Assembly: GCA_028277945.1 (NCBI GenBank)
Contig: JANQFH010000008.1
Location: 195,442-259,441, forward strand
Length of the DNA: 64,000 nucleotides
Reading direction: 5' to 3'
Source: Oligoflexia bacterium
Lineage (GTDB): Bacteria > Bdellovibrionota_G > JANQFH01
This document shows positions 28,500-39,038 of this stretch, in pieces (within the stretch, counting starts at the first letter, position 1; each line of letters opens with the position of its first letter). The position numbers and the translations under genes were made by a program. Under the pieces are notes generated by a model. That model was given only the letters and a program-made list of their open reading frames with translations, had not been told where the DNA came from and searched no databases.

Positions 28500-29189
28500 A
28501 TGTTTCGCAACAAGGGTAGACGGTTTTCAAATAACGGCTTTTCTCTAACCGAGGTGATGATCTCGGTATCGATTGTTGGCATCCTCTCTGCTGTAGCCAT
28601 TCCTACGTATAAGAAACACTTCCGCCGCGCAAAAATCGCTGAGGCGCATCTGGGTTTGGCTGACCTACACAAATCCATGCAAGCGCACTTTCTCCAACAT
28701 CGTTGGTACAACGCCAATATAGATCAACTAACTAGTGACGCTAAGTTCACAGACTCAAAGTCACGGGCAATCTATGGGTTTAATGCAAACCAATATACTG
28801 GAGGTACATTCCCAACATGTAAAACCACCAACGAGGACTGCTTTACTACTCATGGGGAGGGTAATGATTTAAACGTAACTCCTGCGGATATCTTATTTGA
28901 ACGAGCCTGCCCCCAAGTGTCCTTCGGATCACTAGTAAAGTGTTCCTTTCCTATTCCGAGCTATGATCCTCGCAGCGGCGACCCTAAAGCCAGCGATTTT
29001 ACGTGGGGTCGACCAACCCGTTATGAAGCGCATGCAGTCATGGATATAGATAACGACGGCGAGTTGACAGTCTTTGGTGTTAATGAAACAGGTACGATTT
29101 TCCAGCTCTGTAATGATGGTGACAGTGTTGAAGTGGCTGGCAGTTATACTGGGGCACTTGCGGGAGATGTTATCTGTAGTAGACCCTAG
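28500..29189 (+). CDS. type IV pilin-like protein (prepilin-type N-terminal cleavage/methylation domain)
   Basis: ATG at 28500 preceded by AGGAGG; N-terminus RRFSNNGFSLTEVMISVSIVGILSAVAIP matches the prepilin G-F-(S/T)-L-x-E motif plus hydrophobic helix; Cys-containing C-terminal domain. Confidence 0.7.
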   Translation: MFRNKGRRFSNNGFSLTEVMISVSIVGILSAVAIPTYKKHFRRAKIAEAHLGLADLHKSMQAHFLQHRWYNANIDQLTSDAKFTDSKSRAIYGFNANQYTGGTFPTCKTTNEDCFTTHGEGNDLNVTPADILFERACPQVSFGSLVKCSFPIPSYDPRSGDPKASDFTWGRPTRYEAHAVMDIDNDGELTVFGVNETGTIFQLCNDGDSVEVAGSYTGALAGDVICSRP

Positions 29190-29207
29190 TAGATCACCTT
29201 TAAGACT

Positions 29208-31196
29208 ATGCCCCGAAGATTTAACTATAACTTTTCTGGCTGGCTGAAGAAGTATTTCATTCCTCTTTTTATCTTCCTATTAAGCCTTACCACGGTCTTC
29301 AGCTTTTACCTTCTCAGTTCTCCCTCTGATCAAAAAACTGTCTTCAGCATTGTAGACCGCTCCCTCTACCACTCCTTTTTATTGCCAACAACTACCCAAG
29401 AGCTCTCTAGCAACGCCCCCATAACTATCGTCGCCATAGACGACGAAGATCTAGAGCGTTATGGCTCTTGGCCTTGGTCACGAGCGCTCTTAGCCAACGG
29501 TATCGAGGCGATTAATCGTTACGATCCAGCCCTGGTTGGGTTCTCTATCCTCATTGATCCTTTGCGCACGGTGGCCCCTTCAGAGAACGCAGCGCTATTC
29601 AAAGAACTCGCTGCCACTAAACACTTGGTTACTGCCTTTAACTTCAACTTCTCTCAACGCTTTCAAATAGGCACTGAAGAAGTCAGCTGGATCGCCAAGG
29701 CCGCTTTAGATGATCGACCAACTACAGAGGTCTCTGTCTTTCCCTATCAGCGTCCATTTAGCTTTCATGCTGCTGCACCTGAAGTCGTCAACGCCTCTGC
29801 CAACATGGGCTTTCTCAGCTACGCCAACTCTAAGGGACTTCTAGTCTACCCAACACTCTCTTACTTTGGCAGTCACTTCTACAAATCCTATCCGTTGGCA
29901 ATCGCGCAGAGTTTTAAACAGCAACAAACCCCAACAAAACTCTCCATCTTACGTAATAGAGAAGGTGTAGAGGGTTTGGAGTTTGGTAACCACACCCTGC
30001 CTACCCTTAACAACGGTACCATTCTATTGAGACCCTACAAGAAGCTCTCCCAAAGGAACGACCGTGCCTTTCCACAACTACGCTTTCGTGATCTTTTAGA
30101 AGGCAAAATACAACCGCACAAGTTGCGCGATAAGATCGTCCTGGTTGATCTAACTGCTTCAGGTTACTCACAGTCCTTCAACGTTCTCGATGGTGGTTTG
30201 GCCTCGAGACCAGTGATCCATGCCACTGCTGTGGCCAACCTGTTGCAAAACGACTTTATCCGTCGCGATGGGCGGGCCACGCTGCTAGAGACCCTATTGA
30301 TTCTCCTGGTAACCCTCTTGGTTTGGTGGTGCTCACGTAACCTCAAGGCAGTTACGGCAGTATTTGCCATCTGCCTTACGATTCCAGCTACCTTGCTCCT
30401 CATTGCATTAGCTGCGATCCACTTTGCCAACCTCTGGTTGCTGATCTCCTATCCATTAGCAGCACTGCTGATCTCCTTTCCCCTGCAGTTTGGCTACAAA
30501 CACTTTGTTGAAGATCGCCAGCGTCGCATAGTCGAGCGAGCACTCACAGGTTACACCTCAAAAACCGTGATGGACCGCTTGATTGAGAGAGGAGAGAGCT
30601 TTTTAACCTTAGGGGGTGAACGCCGTGATCTCACTATCTTGTTGTTCGATATCAAGGGTTTTACCCAACTATCCCACCGTCTGACCCCTGAAGAGACCTT
30701 TAAGCTGTTAAACCACATCTTTAAGCTTACGGATGAGATCATTATCGATCGCTTCAATGGAATGATTGATAAAAAGATGGGTGATGCTTGCATAGCTCTC
30801 TTTGGTCTTGATGGTGGCAAGGAGCATGCTCTGCATGCTGTGCAGGCAGCGCTGGCTATACAGGAGACTTTGTTTGAGCGCTTTGCTGAGCTCTCTCGCT
30901 TGGCTCACAAACAGGAGCTGGGTCCAGGTTGTATCCAGATCCGCGTTGGCATCACCACCGGTACCGTACTCCTTGGCAATGTCGGCTCTGAGCGACACAA
31001 GAACTTTACGGCCGTGGGTGAGATCGTCAACCAATGCCAACGCCTTGAGGCAGCTTGCAGTCTAGGTGAAGTGTTGATCAGTGAGGAGACCTACAGACGT
31101 TTAGGTGACCAAGTCAGGGTTGAGAAGAAGCAAGCACCCGGCAAACGAGAGGAAGAGTCTTATCTCGCTTACCGGGTACTGGGTTTAGCACATTAA
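29208..31196 (+). CDS. CHASE2-sensor adenylate/guanylate cyclase (class III nucleotidyl cyclase)
   Basis: 662-aa ORF; N-terminal TM helix, extracytoplasmic CHASE2-like region, TM cluster, C-terminal cyclase homology domain (ILLFDIKGFT ... MGDACIALFG ... GNVGSERHKNFTAVGEIVN). Confidence 0.8.
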   Translation: MPRRFNYNFSGWLKKYFIPLFIFLLSLTTVFSFYLLSSPSDQKTVFSIVDRSLYHSFLLPTTTQELSSNAPITIVAIDDEDLERYGSWPWSRALLANGIEAINRYDPALVGFSILIDPLRTVAPSENAALFKELAATKHLVTAFNFNFSQRFQIGTEEVSWIAKAALDDRPTTEVSVFPYQRPFSFHAAAPEVVNASANMGFLSYANSKGLLVYPTLSYFGSHFYKSYPLAIAQSFKQQQTPTKLSILRNREGVEGLEFGNHTLPTLNNGTILLRPYKKLSQRNDRAFPQLRFRDLLEGKIQPHKLRDKIVLVDLTASGYSQSFNVLDGGLASRPVIHATAVANLLQNDFIRRDGRATLLETLLILLVTLLVWWCSRNLKAVTAVFAICLTIPATLLLIALAAIHFANLWLLISYPLAALLISFPLQFGYKHFVEDRQRRIVERALTGYTSKTVMDRLIERGESFLTLGGERRDLTILLFDIKGFTQLSHRLTPEETFKLLNHIFKLTDEIIIDRFNGMIDKKMGDACIALFGLDGGKEHALHAVQAALAIQETLFERFAELSRLAHKQELGPGCIQIRVGITTGTVLLGNVGSERHKNFTAVGEIVNQCQRLEAACSLGEVLISEETYRRLGDQVRVEKKQAPGKREEESYLAYRVLGLAH

Positions 31197-33940
31197 GGCA
31201 AATTGGGATCAATTGTAAACGTTCCCTGGGTGGTCTCCTCTAAGCCATTGTCATACAAGACCGTGGCGCTGACGTTAATTGGTTGGTCCTGCGCGGTGAT
31301 AGGTTGCGACACGTCACCAATAAGAGCACGGTTGTAGAGTTTAACGGTATGGGGTGAATTGGGCTGCAACATACCCTGGGTACCATCACCCCAATCAATG
31401 TTGACGCTGACAATATCAAGCGTTGGGTTAAGCAGTTCAGACATACTTGCATCCACAAAGAGCCACATTGGGTCTTTAAAAGGCACGGCTGAAGCGCGTA
31501 GGACAAAACCATTCTGAGGTGTTGATGGAGGAGGATCATCCGGTGGCTTGATCATTGCTTTGGTCACGAGGTAGCCAGGGCCACGTTTTCCATCGGCCAG
31601 GGAGTTTAATTCTAGGATGACCGTATCGCTGTCTGTGGCTGCATCCAGAGGTATAGTAACAGTGACTCCTTGTAGCTCGGTGTTTTTGTAGGTGTTGACA
31701 ACGGTTTCAATAGTACCGGTGGTGTCCAGCTTGATAATGGTGAGTGTGTCTTGATTGCCGGTATCGTCAAAGAAGAAGCGAGTTAGGTTATCAAAGGTGA
31801 GCATCATGCCCCCTGCAGCTGCAGCTCCAACCACGGTCTTTTTCTGTCTGAATTTATCCACCAAATCAGGGTAGGGACGTGGGGATTCAAGGTTGGACCC
31901 ATCATCTGCTGATTCAACAAAGCCTGGTGGGTTGGTAAAGCTGCCAACGCCTCGGGAAGCAAAGGCCTGTTGGATATCTTGGCTGTGCAGGCCACCAAAC
32001 ATCAGTTGATCAGTTGCTTGTAAGATGGTGGGAACATCGGGCAATCCATCCAATGAGGTGAAGCTAGCAACAGATTCTTGCATGATTAGGTAGGCTAAAT
32101 CGCCACGCATTTTGCTCCATTCCCAACCGGCAGAAGAACAAATCCGACTATCTTCGTGTTTTTCGCCAACAATGTCATCAGGAAAGGTAAGGGTGTTGTC
32201 GACGTTGCGGATGAACTGGAAACCAAAGTTCTTTGCATAGTACGGAGCAATTTCCGGGAATTTCAACATCAACGCAGAGTTTAGATCAGCAAAGCACTCG
32301 TCAATCAGCTCGTTGGCCGGGCCGCCAGTAAACGGGTAAATACCACCACCACGTACATGGTTAGCCCAGTGCTGCCACTCATGATATCCTACACTAGCGT
32401 CCCTCGATCCTTCAAACGAAGGACCGGCATCAAAGATTACCTTGCCAGTAATCGAATCATAAAAGTTTCCGAATGCACTCAAATTGATAGCCTCTGCTAG
32501 AGCGGCTCCTGGTAGGCCTGGGGGGTGGTCTAGAGGACCTGAGAATAAGTCGTCTAAGCTGAGGAGCTCAAAGGCATGTCCTTGGTCTGTGAGCCAACCG
32601 AGCACATTCACTTCAAGAGCGTGCAGTTTGTCAAGCGGAGAGCCAGCAGTCAAATAGCCGGTAAAATCGAGATCAGCTTCAAAAGCACGTTCAAACGGAG
32701 GCTCAACGATCGTTTTGACAAAATTGTTTTGTAGAAAACCCGTACCATCCACAAAGATCGGCTTGCCAAAATGAGTATGGTCTCCATCGGGATCTTGAAC
32801 ATCACCAATACCCACAGCCGCTATCAAAGGATTTTTCACTCCAAGAATGTCGCCATTTTCTGCATCAAAATATACTATCCGCTTGGTTTCTCTGTAGACT
32901 CGTTTACCATCATCGAGAGTTCTAGAATAGGCAAAGTCTGCATGTCTGCCGTTGTCTACGAAGTGTCCCTCTACCACAGCCTTGTCAACCACCTTGGGTG
33001 TAGTCTGAGCGGCATCTTTTTCTATTATGGCTCTGCCATCGTGAAGGATATTAGTATTAGCAACCTTGTCGGCATTGTAGGTAGTCTCTACGAGAATGCC
33101 CTTATCCATAATCTCGATGGATTCAATTTCCATCACGACGCCAACGGTTTTTGGAACACGTCTAGAGGTGTAATAGGTCTCTAACACATCGAGCTGTGCG
33201 CCTTGCCATCTGCTAATAATCTCTCGTTCACTCAACCACTCACTCGAGTCGACTGTTTCCTCAGGACGCGGGTTATCAAGCATTTGTATGGCTACTTGGG
33301 TAAGCGTGCCGGCGTTGGCTTGCCCGCTACCAACCAATTCAGTAGATCTCTGTCCACTAAAGAGATTTCCACCTGAGCTTTTTACCAAGGGTAGGGCCTT
33401 TTGCTCTCCTGGCTGTAGTGCCAATCGTTCAACGATCAACTTGGCGATCTCTTCAGGATCTTCTGGCTTCTCTATAGGAGGCTCATAGGCTGAGAAGAGC
33501 ACCTTCACCAGGCCACCAAAGACTGGCAGCTCTCCTAGCTTTTGTTTAAAGATAACCACGGTTGTGCGCTTTCCAGGCACGATTGTGGGGTCTTCTAGCT
33601 CATCGACACTTATTTCTAGCTCGGCGGCATTAGCCCGCAGAAACTCTAGGGCAAAGTCTTCGTAGTCTTCATTACTGTAGTGACTCTGACTACCCAATTG
33701 GTTGGCTAACGAGTGCCCTCGGATACCATAGACACGCTTAATACGGGTATAGTTAGGGTGGTTGGTATTTTCTTGCCAGGTCTCACCACTATATAATTGA
33801 TAGTAGCGAAGATCTTCAGAAGGCGCTGCAACCAGTTGTTGCTGGGTGACGACTCCCAAGAAAAGCAGTGGCAGGAGCAAACTCCCTGCCTTGACTAGAA
33901 AAGTTCTAGGACGACTGAGGCTCATGTCACTATCCTCCAT
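31193..33940 (-). CDS. large secreted protein with HExxH-like motif (possible metallopeptidase)
   Basis: 915-aa ORF with signal peptide; HEWQH motif followed by an acidic ELIDECFAD segment; family not assignable by eye. Confidence 0.4.
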   Translation of the reverse strand: MEDSDMSLSRPRTFLVKAGSLLLPLLFLGVVTQQQLVAAPSEDLRYYQLYSGETWQENTNHPNYTRIKRVYGIRGHSLANQLGSQSHYSNEDYEDFALEFLRANAAELEISVDELEDPTIVPGKRTTVVIFKQKLGELPVFGGLVKVLFSAYEPPIEKPEDPEEIAKLIVERLALQPGEQKALPLVKSSGGNLFSGQRSTELVGSGQANAGTLTQVAIQMLDNPRPEETVDSSEWLSEREIISRWQGAQLDVLETYYTSRRVPKTVGVVMEIESIEIMDKGILVETTYNADKVANTNILHDGRAIIEKDAAQTTPKVVDKAVVEGHFVDNGRHADFAYSRTLDDGKRVYRETKRIVYFDAENGDILGVKNPLIAAVGIGDVQDPDGDHTHFGKPIFVDGTGFLQNNFVKTIVEPPFERAFEADLDFTGYLTAGSPLDKLHALEVNVLGWLTDQGHAFELLSLDDLFSGPLDHPPGLPGAALAEAINLSAFGNFYDSITGKVIFDAGPSFEGSRDASVGYHEWQHWANHVRGGGIYPFTGGPANELIDECFADLNSALMLKFPEIAPYYAKNFGFQFIRNVDNTLTFPDDIVGEKHEDSRICSSAGWEWSKMRGDLAYLIMQESVASFTSLDGLPDVPTILQATDQLMFGGLHSQDIQQAFASRGVGSFTNPPGFVESADDGSNLESPRPYPDLVDKFRQKKTVVGAAAAGGMMLTFDNLTRFFFDDTGNQDTLTIIKLDTTGTIETVVNTYKNTELQGVTVTIPLDAATDSDTVILELNSLADGKRGPGYLVTKAMIKPPDDPPPSTPQNGFVLRASAVPFKDPMWLFVDASMSELLNPTLDIVSVNIDWGDGTQGMLQPNSPHTVKLYNRALIGDVSQPITAQDQPINVSATVLYDNGLEETTQGTFTIDPNLP

Positions 33941-34453
33941 GCAGATTCACATTCTGTTCGCGCTATTGGGTTGCTCCCCACAACCATCACCACAACTTTG
34001 CGAACCTTACACCCGGTCGTGACTCTATTTAGTCTAGGTTGGCTATTGCTCTACAAGCCACACGACTGTCATCCCTCCTAAGTTGATGTCGAACAAACGA
34101 TGCGTTGTTGACAGCTTCGTGTCCACACCGGGATGAGTGCCCGTCTTTGGTACCCCCCAAAATGACGCACACTCGCCAGGGTGCTTAGCCCGCTTACTTA
34201 GTACACTTTGACCCACTTTGTCAATCCTGAAGACCTAACCCACTGTTTTTAAACAAAAATATTCAGAAAGCCACTATTGTTATCATCACGGTGACAAAGC
34301 TTATACCACACGGTATCAAAGTCTTAATTGATAGAGTGCCAGTAGAGTAGAGTAAGGAATAAAGCGTCTCTCGATCTCTTATCATCACGAGAGAAGAAAG
34401 AGGGCCTCCACTAATATAGATTTCGGAAATTGGTCTATTAAAAAGTGTGACTT

Positions 34454-35638
34454 ATGAATAAAGAAAAGACGATTAAGAGCTCTCTTTTCAATGGATTTTC
34501 TCTCCAGGCCTTTATCTCCTCCACTCCAAGCATTGTGACGGTTGCGATTATTCCATTTATCGTTAAACACCTCGGTTTAGCATATATATGGATCGGAGTT
34601 ATTTTTTTTCTATTACGAGTGGGTCTAATAAGCGGTCGGTTTATCGGTCCGTTCTTTCTAAAATGGCTAAAACCACATTACCTCTGTGCTATTTTTGAGC
34701 TAAAGAATTTTTTCTTGATTACCATTATCTGGTTTTATTTCGACAGGATACCTTCTTCCCTCTTTGCTATTCTTTGGCTGCTAAAAGGAATCATCATTGG
34801 AGCCATATCAACCCTGGTATTTTCTTGGCTGCGTCATCTATCCGACGTCAGTAAGACCAAGCGAACGTTAATTACGGTTATGGCTATTATACAGTCTAGC
34901 TATGGTGTAGCAGGAGTTATCATTCTTACTACAACTCCTGATATAAATCTTATCAAGAATATCTTGTTAATTGATGCGCTGTCATCCTGTGTAGGACTAG
35001 TTACATTTTTGAATCTTAGGCGTTTTCGGGCTAAGGACACAGGTCGTGGAAACGCATTCTCCATATTTAAATTTCCATTTCTCAATAGAGAACGCGTCAT
35101 TCTTCTTATTGTGGATATTTTGGTAGCGGCAGGTCTTGGCGGTGCAAATATTCTACTAGTGAAGTATGGTGAAATGTACTTTTCTACCATAGGCGGATAT
35201 GGCACGACGCTTGTCGTATATGCGATAGCTTTTCTAATCGTTGGCTTTCTATTTAATATAGAACAGTCAGATACAGATCTCATTATTCGTAGACTGACGA
35301 TGCTTTGCGTGCCTCTAATGTGGGCAGGGTTGGTTGTTTTGGCTATCGCATCAGATAAGTCTTTGTTAGGTATTGCTGGATTTTCACTAGTCTATTTAAA
35401 CTTACCTATTTTCTTTTTAAGAATACAGGCGAAATGGTTCACGTTAAGTACCCCTGAAGAAGCGGCTAAGATATTCGCTTACAGAAGTTTACTTGTAGAT
35501 GTTGTTAGTGCTGTCGGTGAAGTGGTCTACGGTAGTATTAAAGAAGATATTCTGATAAGAATTACTCTCTTAACTCTTGCTATTATTCTTGGAATTGCTT
35601 TCCGAAATATGATCTTTCCTCACACACAACAATCATGA
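34454..35638 (+). CDS. polytopic membrane transporter (MFS-like)
   Basis: 394-aa ORF with about 12 hydrophobic segments; convergent with the histidine kinase at 35658..37493. Confidence 0.5.
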   Translation: MNKEKTIKSSLFNGFSLQAFISSTPSIVTVAIIPFIVKHLGLAYIWIGVIFFLLRVGLISGRFIGPFFLKWLKPHYLCAIFELKNFFLITIIWFYFDRIPSSLFAILWLLKGIIIGAISTLVFSWLRHLSDVSKTKRTLITVMAIIQSSYGVAGVIILTTTPDINLIKNILLIDALSSCVGLVTFLNLRRFRAKDTGRGNAFSIFKFPFLNRERVILLIVDILVAAGLGGANILLVKYGEMYFSTIGGYGTTLVVYAIAFLIVGFLFNIEQSDTDLIIRRLTMLCVPLMWAGLVVLAIASDKSLLGIAGFSLVYLNLPIFFLRIQAKWFTLSTPEEAAKIFAYRSLLVDVVSAVGEVVYGSIKEDILIRITLLTLAIILGIAFRNMIFPHTQQS

Positions 35639-35657
35639 AGAATGAGCTTTGTATAGC

Positions 35658-37493
35658 CTAGGCACTATATCTCGCCAGTGATGATTGATTGTTCAATTCG
35701 GGCATTACTAGTAGCGGCACAGTATTCGCCAGCATTTTAGGTAGTAATTTCACTTTCCACTTAGTACATAATTCTTGAATTTCCATTTCTTCAAAGCGAG
35801 AAGTTACAAGTATTGATTGTTGCTCCAGCCTGTATTCCTTGATCAAATCCAATCCGGTTTTTTTACTTCCTAGCAATTCATAGTCAAAAAGATAAATTGA
35901 TGGTCCCTGTTCTTTATGTTGTGCTAGATAGCTTGATGCATCGGTATAATTAGACAAATCAACTTGATTAATGGAATGTAGATATTTCAGCGGGCCAAGC
36001 CGGTTTGTCCACACGTGGTGGATAAATATATCGTCGTCAAGTACTACAAAGTCACTATTTGGCTTTATATGAATTTTTGGAACATACCAATTTGGTGGAG
36101 GAGCCTTGGGAACTATCATCTTCACATTCGTTCCCATGTTTTGCCGTGAGTCTATTGTTAGTTCTCCATGCCAACGTCCTAAGGAGCTCTTCGCATAGTA
36201 TAAGCCTAGTCCTAATCCATGTTTCTTGTTAGCAGTCACACCTCTCTCTGTCGCTTTTTTAAGCAGTTCCTCTGACATGCCGCATCCATTATCCGAGACT
36301 TCAATACAAAAATTGTCTCCGGAACAATTGCATAGTCGTATACTAACTTCACCATTATTTGGAATAGCTTCCACGGCGTTATTAATAAGGTTCGAGAGAA
36401 TTCTTTTGAACTCGACAATCTCGACCTTCGCAAAGATACTATAGGCTTCTTCCGTAAAAACTGTATTAATCTTTATATCCTTACGTCCTGAAAACTGAAT
36501 CCTCTTTTCGGACACAAGAGTTTCTATAAGCACGGCGATCTGCTGAGTACTTACACGTTCGAAGTGAGTGTTGTCTAAATGGCGGGCATCCTGATCTGAG
36601 TAATAGGTATTGTCATTCCAAAGTAGCTGACGATGCTTTTCTACTAAGCTATTAGCAATATCCTGAATACGTGTGGCCGCTTGTCGCAAAAGAACACGTT
36701 GTTCTTCAGGGATATCACTAGAAGACTTGCCCAACATCTGCAAAGCAGTCAACGGTGATCTGATATCATGGGCCACTCTTGAGGCAATCTCGCCCATTGC
36801 GGCCTTCTTTGTTGCTCGTACTAGAACAGCTTGGGCTGTTTCTAATTCTTTTACCAATTTTCGAGTATTTTTGTATAATTCATTAATCTCCTTTATGTTT
36901 GAAAATCGTACTTCTTGAGAATTCTCAAATAGAGACCTTAGTCCATGTTGCGAAAGTCGTCTAGATAGATGCACTATCGGCCAAGTAATTTTTTTTCCTA
37001 TAACCCCTCCTATCCAGACGAATATAATAAATAGGGAAACAAGGGCTATTACGAGCACTACTAACGCTCGATAAACAGATCGTGATAATAGTTGTTGTGA
37101 AAAAACAATCTGGATCGTTGCTGCCATTTCTTTGCTAGTTTGATCAAAGTAGACATGAGAGGTAATAACTTCAGTTGAGGAGATTCCCTCACGTTTGGTG
37201 GTACTGCAGATTGAAAAATTTTGACTGTCAACAACACTTATACCCAAAATTGACCGGTCACGTAAAAGTATTTTACATTTTCTGTAGACTTCCGCATGGG
37301 CTCCTATAAGAAGACTGTGGCTTATGTCCTCGGTAAAGATGTTTACGATAGATTGGAACTTTGCTTGAAGCTCCTCCTCTGCACTCTTCTTTATCAAGTA
37401 GAGTGCCAATGCCCCACTAAGTACGACAGTTGCCGCCGTTATGACGGCTGAGGGAACGAACATAGCCCTGCCTAATGTCCACCTAAATCTCAT
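35658..37493 (-). CDS. hybrid sensor histidine kinase with C-terminal receiver domain
   Basis: Paralog of the other two kinases; H-box VAHDIRSPLTAL, N-box NLINNAVEA, G-box DNGCGM, REC-like VVLDDD ... LFDYEL; start taken at ATG 37493 (track TTG start at 37532 is the alternative). Confidence 0.85.
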   Translation of the reverse strand: MRFRWTLGRAMFVPSAVITAATVVLSGALALYLIKKSAEEELQAKFQSIVNIFTEDISHSLLIGAHAEVYRKCKILLRDRSILGISVVDSQNFSICSTTKREGISSTEVITSHVYFDQTSKEMAATIQIVFSQQLLSRSVYRALVVLVIALVSLFIIFVWIGGVIGKKITWPIVHLSRRLSQHGLRSLFENSQEVRFSNIKEINELYKNTRKLVKELETAQAVLVRATKKAAMGEIASRVAHDIRSPLTALQMLGKSSSDIPEEQRVLLRQAATRIQDIANSLVEKHRQLLWNDNTYYSDQDARHLDNTHFERVSTQQIAVLIETLVSEKRIQFSGRKDIKINTVFTEEAYSIFAKVEIVEFKRILSNLINNAVEAIPNNGEVSIRLCNCSGDNFCIEVSDNGCGMSEELLKKATERGVTANKKHGLGLGLYYAKSSLGRWHGELTIDSRQNMGTNVKMIVPKAPPPNWYVPKIHIKPNSDFVVLDDDIFIHHVWTNRLGPLKYLHSINQVDLSNYTDASSYLAQHKEQGPSIYLFDYELLGSKKTGLDLIKEYRLEQQSILVTSRFEEMEIQELCTKWKVKLLPKMLANTVPLLVMPELNNQSSLARYSA

Positions 37494-39021
37494 TGTCTTT
37501 AGCCCACTGTAGTCGGTAGAGAGGAAAGTCAAATTGGTAGCGTTTTTCCGGGACTTTAATATGTTTGTGGTAAATTACCGGAGTATAAAGATGAAATAAT
37601 GGAACGATAAATGACTTTTCCTCAAACTCAATCATTAGATCAGTGTATTTTTCTAATCTCCGTATACGGTCAGATATGAAACTGATTTCATCAGCACCCT
37701 TTAAAAGCTTCGTTGTGGGGAAATTGCCAAATTGGATTGGATTTTTGGCTCGAAACAAGTCTAGGAAGCCATCTGGGTCTGGTATGACTCCAAAATAACC
37801 TACCATAATCAAATCGTAATCTTTGCTTTTTAGAAGAGGTATAACCTCTTCAATATTTTTGAACTCTATAATCGGGATCATACCTACGTTGGTCAACACT
37901 TCACTGATAGCCTTACCTACAGGTATGTTTAAATATTCTTTCCTCAAAACTATTCTAAGCTTTTTATGTTTTACTTTATTTTTCCAGAGCTTTTTGAAAC
38001 TGATCGGACTCATACGGCGAAAGTCACGTTCGTAGTATCTTCTTAGAAGAACGCCATGTGGTAAAAAATGCTTCTGATGGTCTATAAAGAAACCGGGTTT
38101 CTCTATCTGGGAAACTCGAGTTTTTATTAGCGCCGCAATATCTCTTCTAAAACTTTCATTACTTAGTGCTGGATTGTCAGTGTTTGTATATAGATGTAGG
38201 ATGCCCAGTCCTCCTAGACGGAGTAACTGATAATTATTTGGTAGTGTTCCCGGTTGTAATCCTGGATCAGCAAAGCCTAATGCGAAGTCAATCGAGTCAT
38301 TCCGTAATTGTGATAGTAGTTGATTTGCGCTTTCTACCCGTCGAAACGAAAGCCTGGATATATGGCTATCATTGGGAACGAACGGAACCATCTGCAGACG
38401 ATTTGGCAGTTGTACTGAGTCCAGAGAAAAAGAGCCAGACCCCACTACCTGAGAAGAACTACCAGAGGACTTTTTAGTTACACCGTAACCAGGTACTGCT
38501 AACAATTCTAACAGATACGGATACGGACGCTTGAGGCTTAGAATAATCGTGTGCTGATTCGGAGTGATAATTCCCGATGGTATTTGTCCATCTTTCAGGT
38601 TTTCGGCACCTACCACGATACGACCTAGATAGCTGGATATTTGCGTCATACTACCTTGCCATAAATGGCGTGACAGACTAAAGGCGATATCTTTACTCGT
38701 AATGAGCGCACCATCATGGAACCGAGCATGACGATCCAGATGAAAGCTATAACGTCTTCCATCTGAAGATATCTTCCAGCGCCTTGCAAGATCAGCTGTA
38801 ATACGATTTTCTTTGTCTAACTTTACTAGAGTGCGTAAGTATGGTCTAAGAAGGTCAGAATGTACGTAATGCCACGCATCTATTGGATCCAGAGAGCTGG
38901 GCAAAATAGGCAACGCTATCTCAAAGCTGTTGGTTGTCTTACGGTACTTCTGTTTAGATGATGCTGCATAAGTATGAAAGACAAATGAAAATAAAAGAAA
39001 GTGCAACAGGCACGCCTTCAT
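37483..39021 (-). CDS. family-5 extracellular solute-binding protein, orphan
   Basis: SBP5 paralog; start taken at ATG 39021 (MKACLLHFLLFSFVFHTYAASS signal peptide; GTG at 39042 is the alternative); stop overlaps the kinase start. Confidence 0.8.
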   Translation of the reverse strand: MKACLLHFLLFSFVFHTYAASSKQKYRKTTNSFEIALPILPSSLDPIDAWHYVHSDLLRPYLRTLVKLDKENRITADLARRWKISSDGRRYSFHLDRHARFHDGALITSKDIAFSLSRHLWQGSMTQISSYLGRIVVGAENLKDGQIPSGIITPNQHTIILSLKRPYPYLLELLAVPGYGVTKKSSGSSSQVVGSGSFSLDSVQLPNRLQMVPFVPNDSHISRLSFRRVESANQLLSQLRNDSIDFALGFADPGLQPGTLPNNYQLLRLGGLGILHLYTNTDNPALSNESFRRDIAALIKTRVSQIEKPGFFIDHQKHFLPHGVLLRRYYERDFRRMSPISFKKLWKNKVKHKKLRIVLRKEYLNIPVGKAISEVLTNVGMIPIIEFKNIEEVIPLLKSKDYDLIMVGYFGVIPDPDGFLDLFRAKNPIQFGNFPTTKLLKGADEISFISDRIRRLEKYTDLMIEFEEKSFIVPLFHLYTPVIYHKHIKVPEKRYQFDFPLYRLQWAKDNEI

Positions 39022-39038
39022 CAAAATGTGAATGAGTT

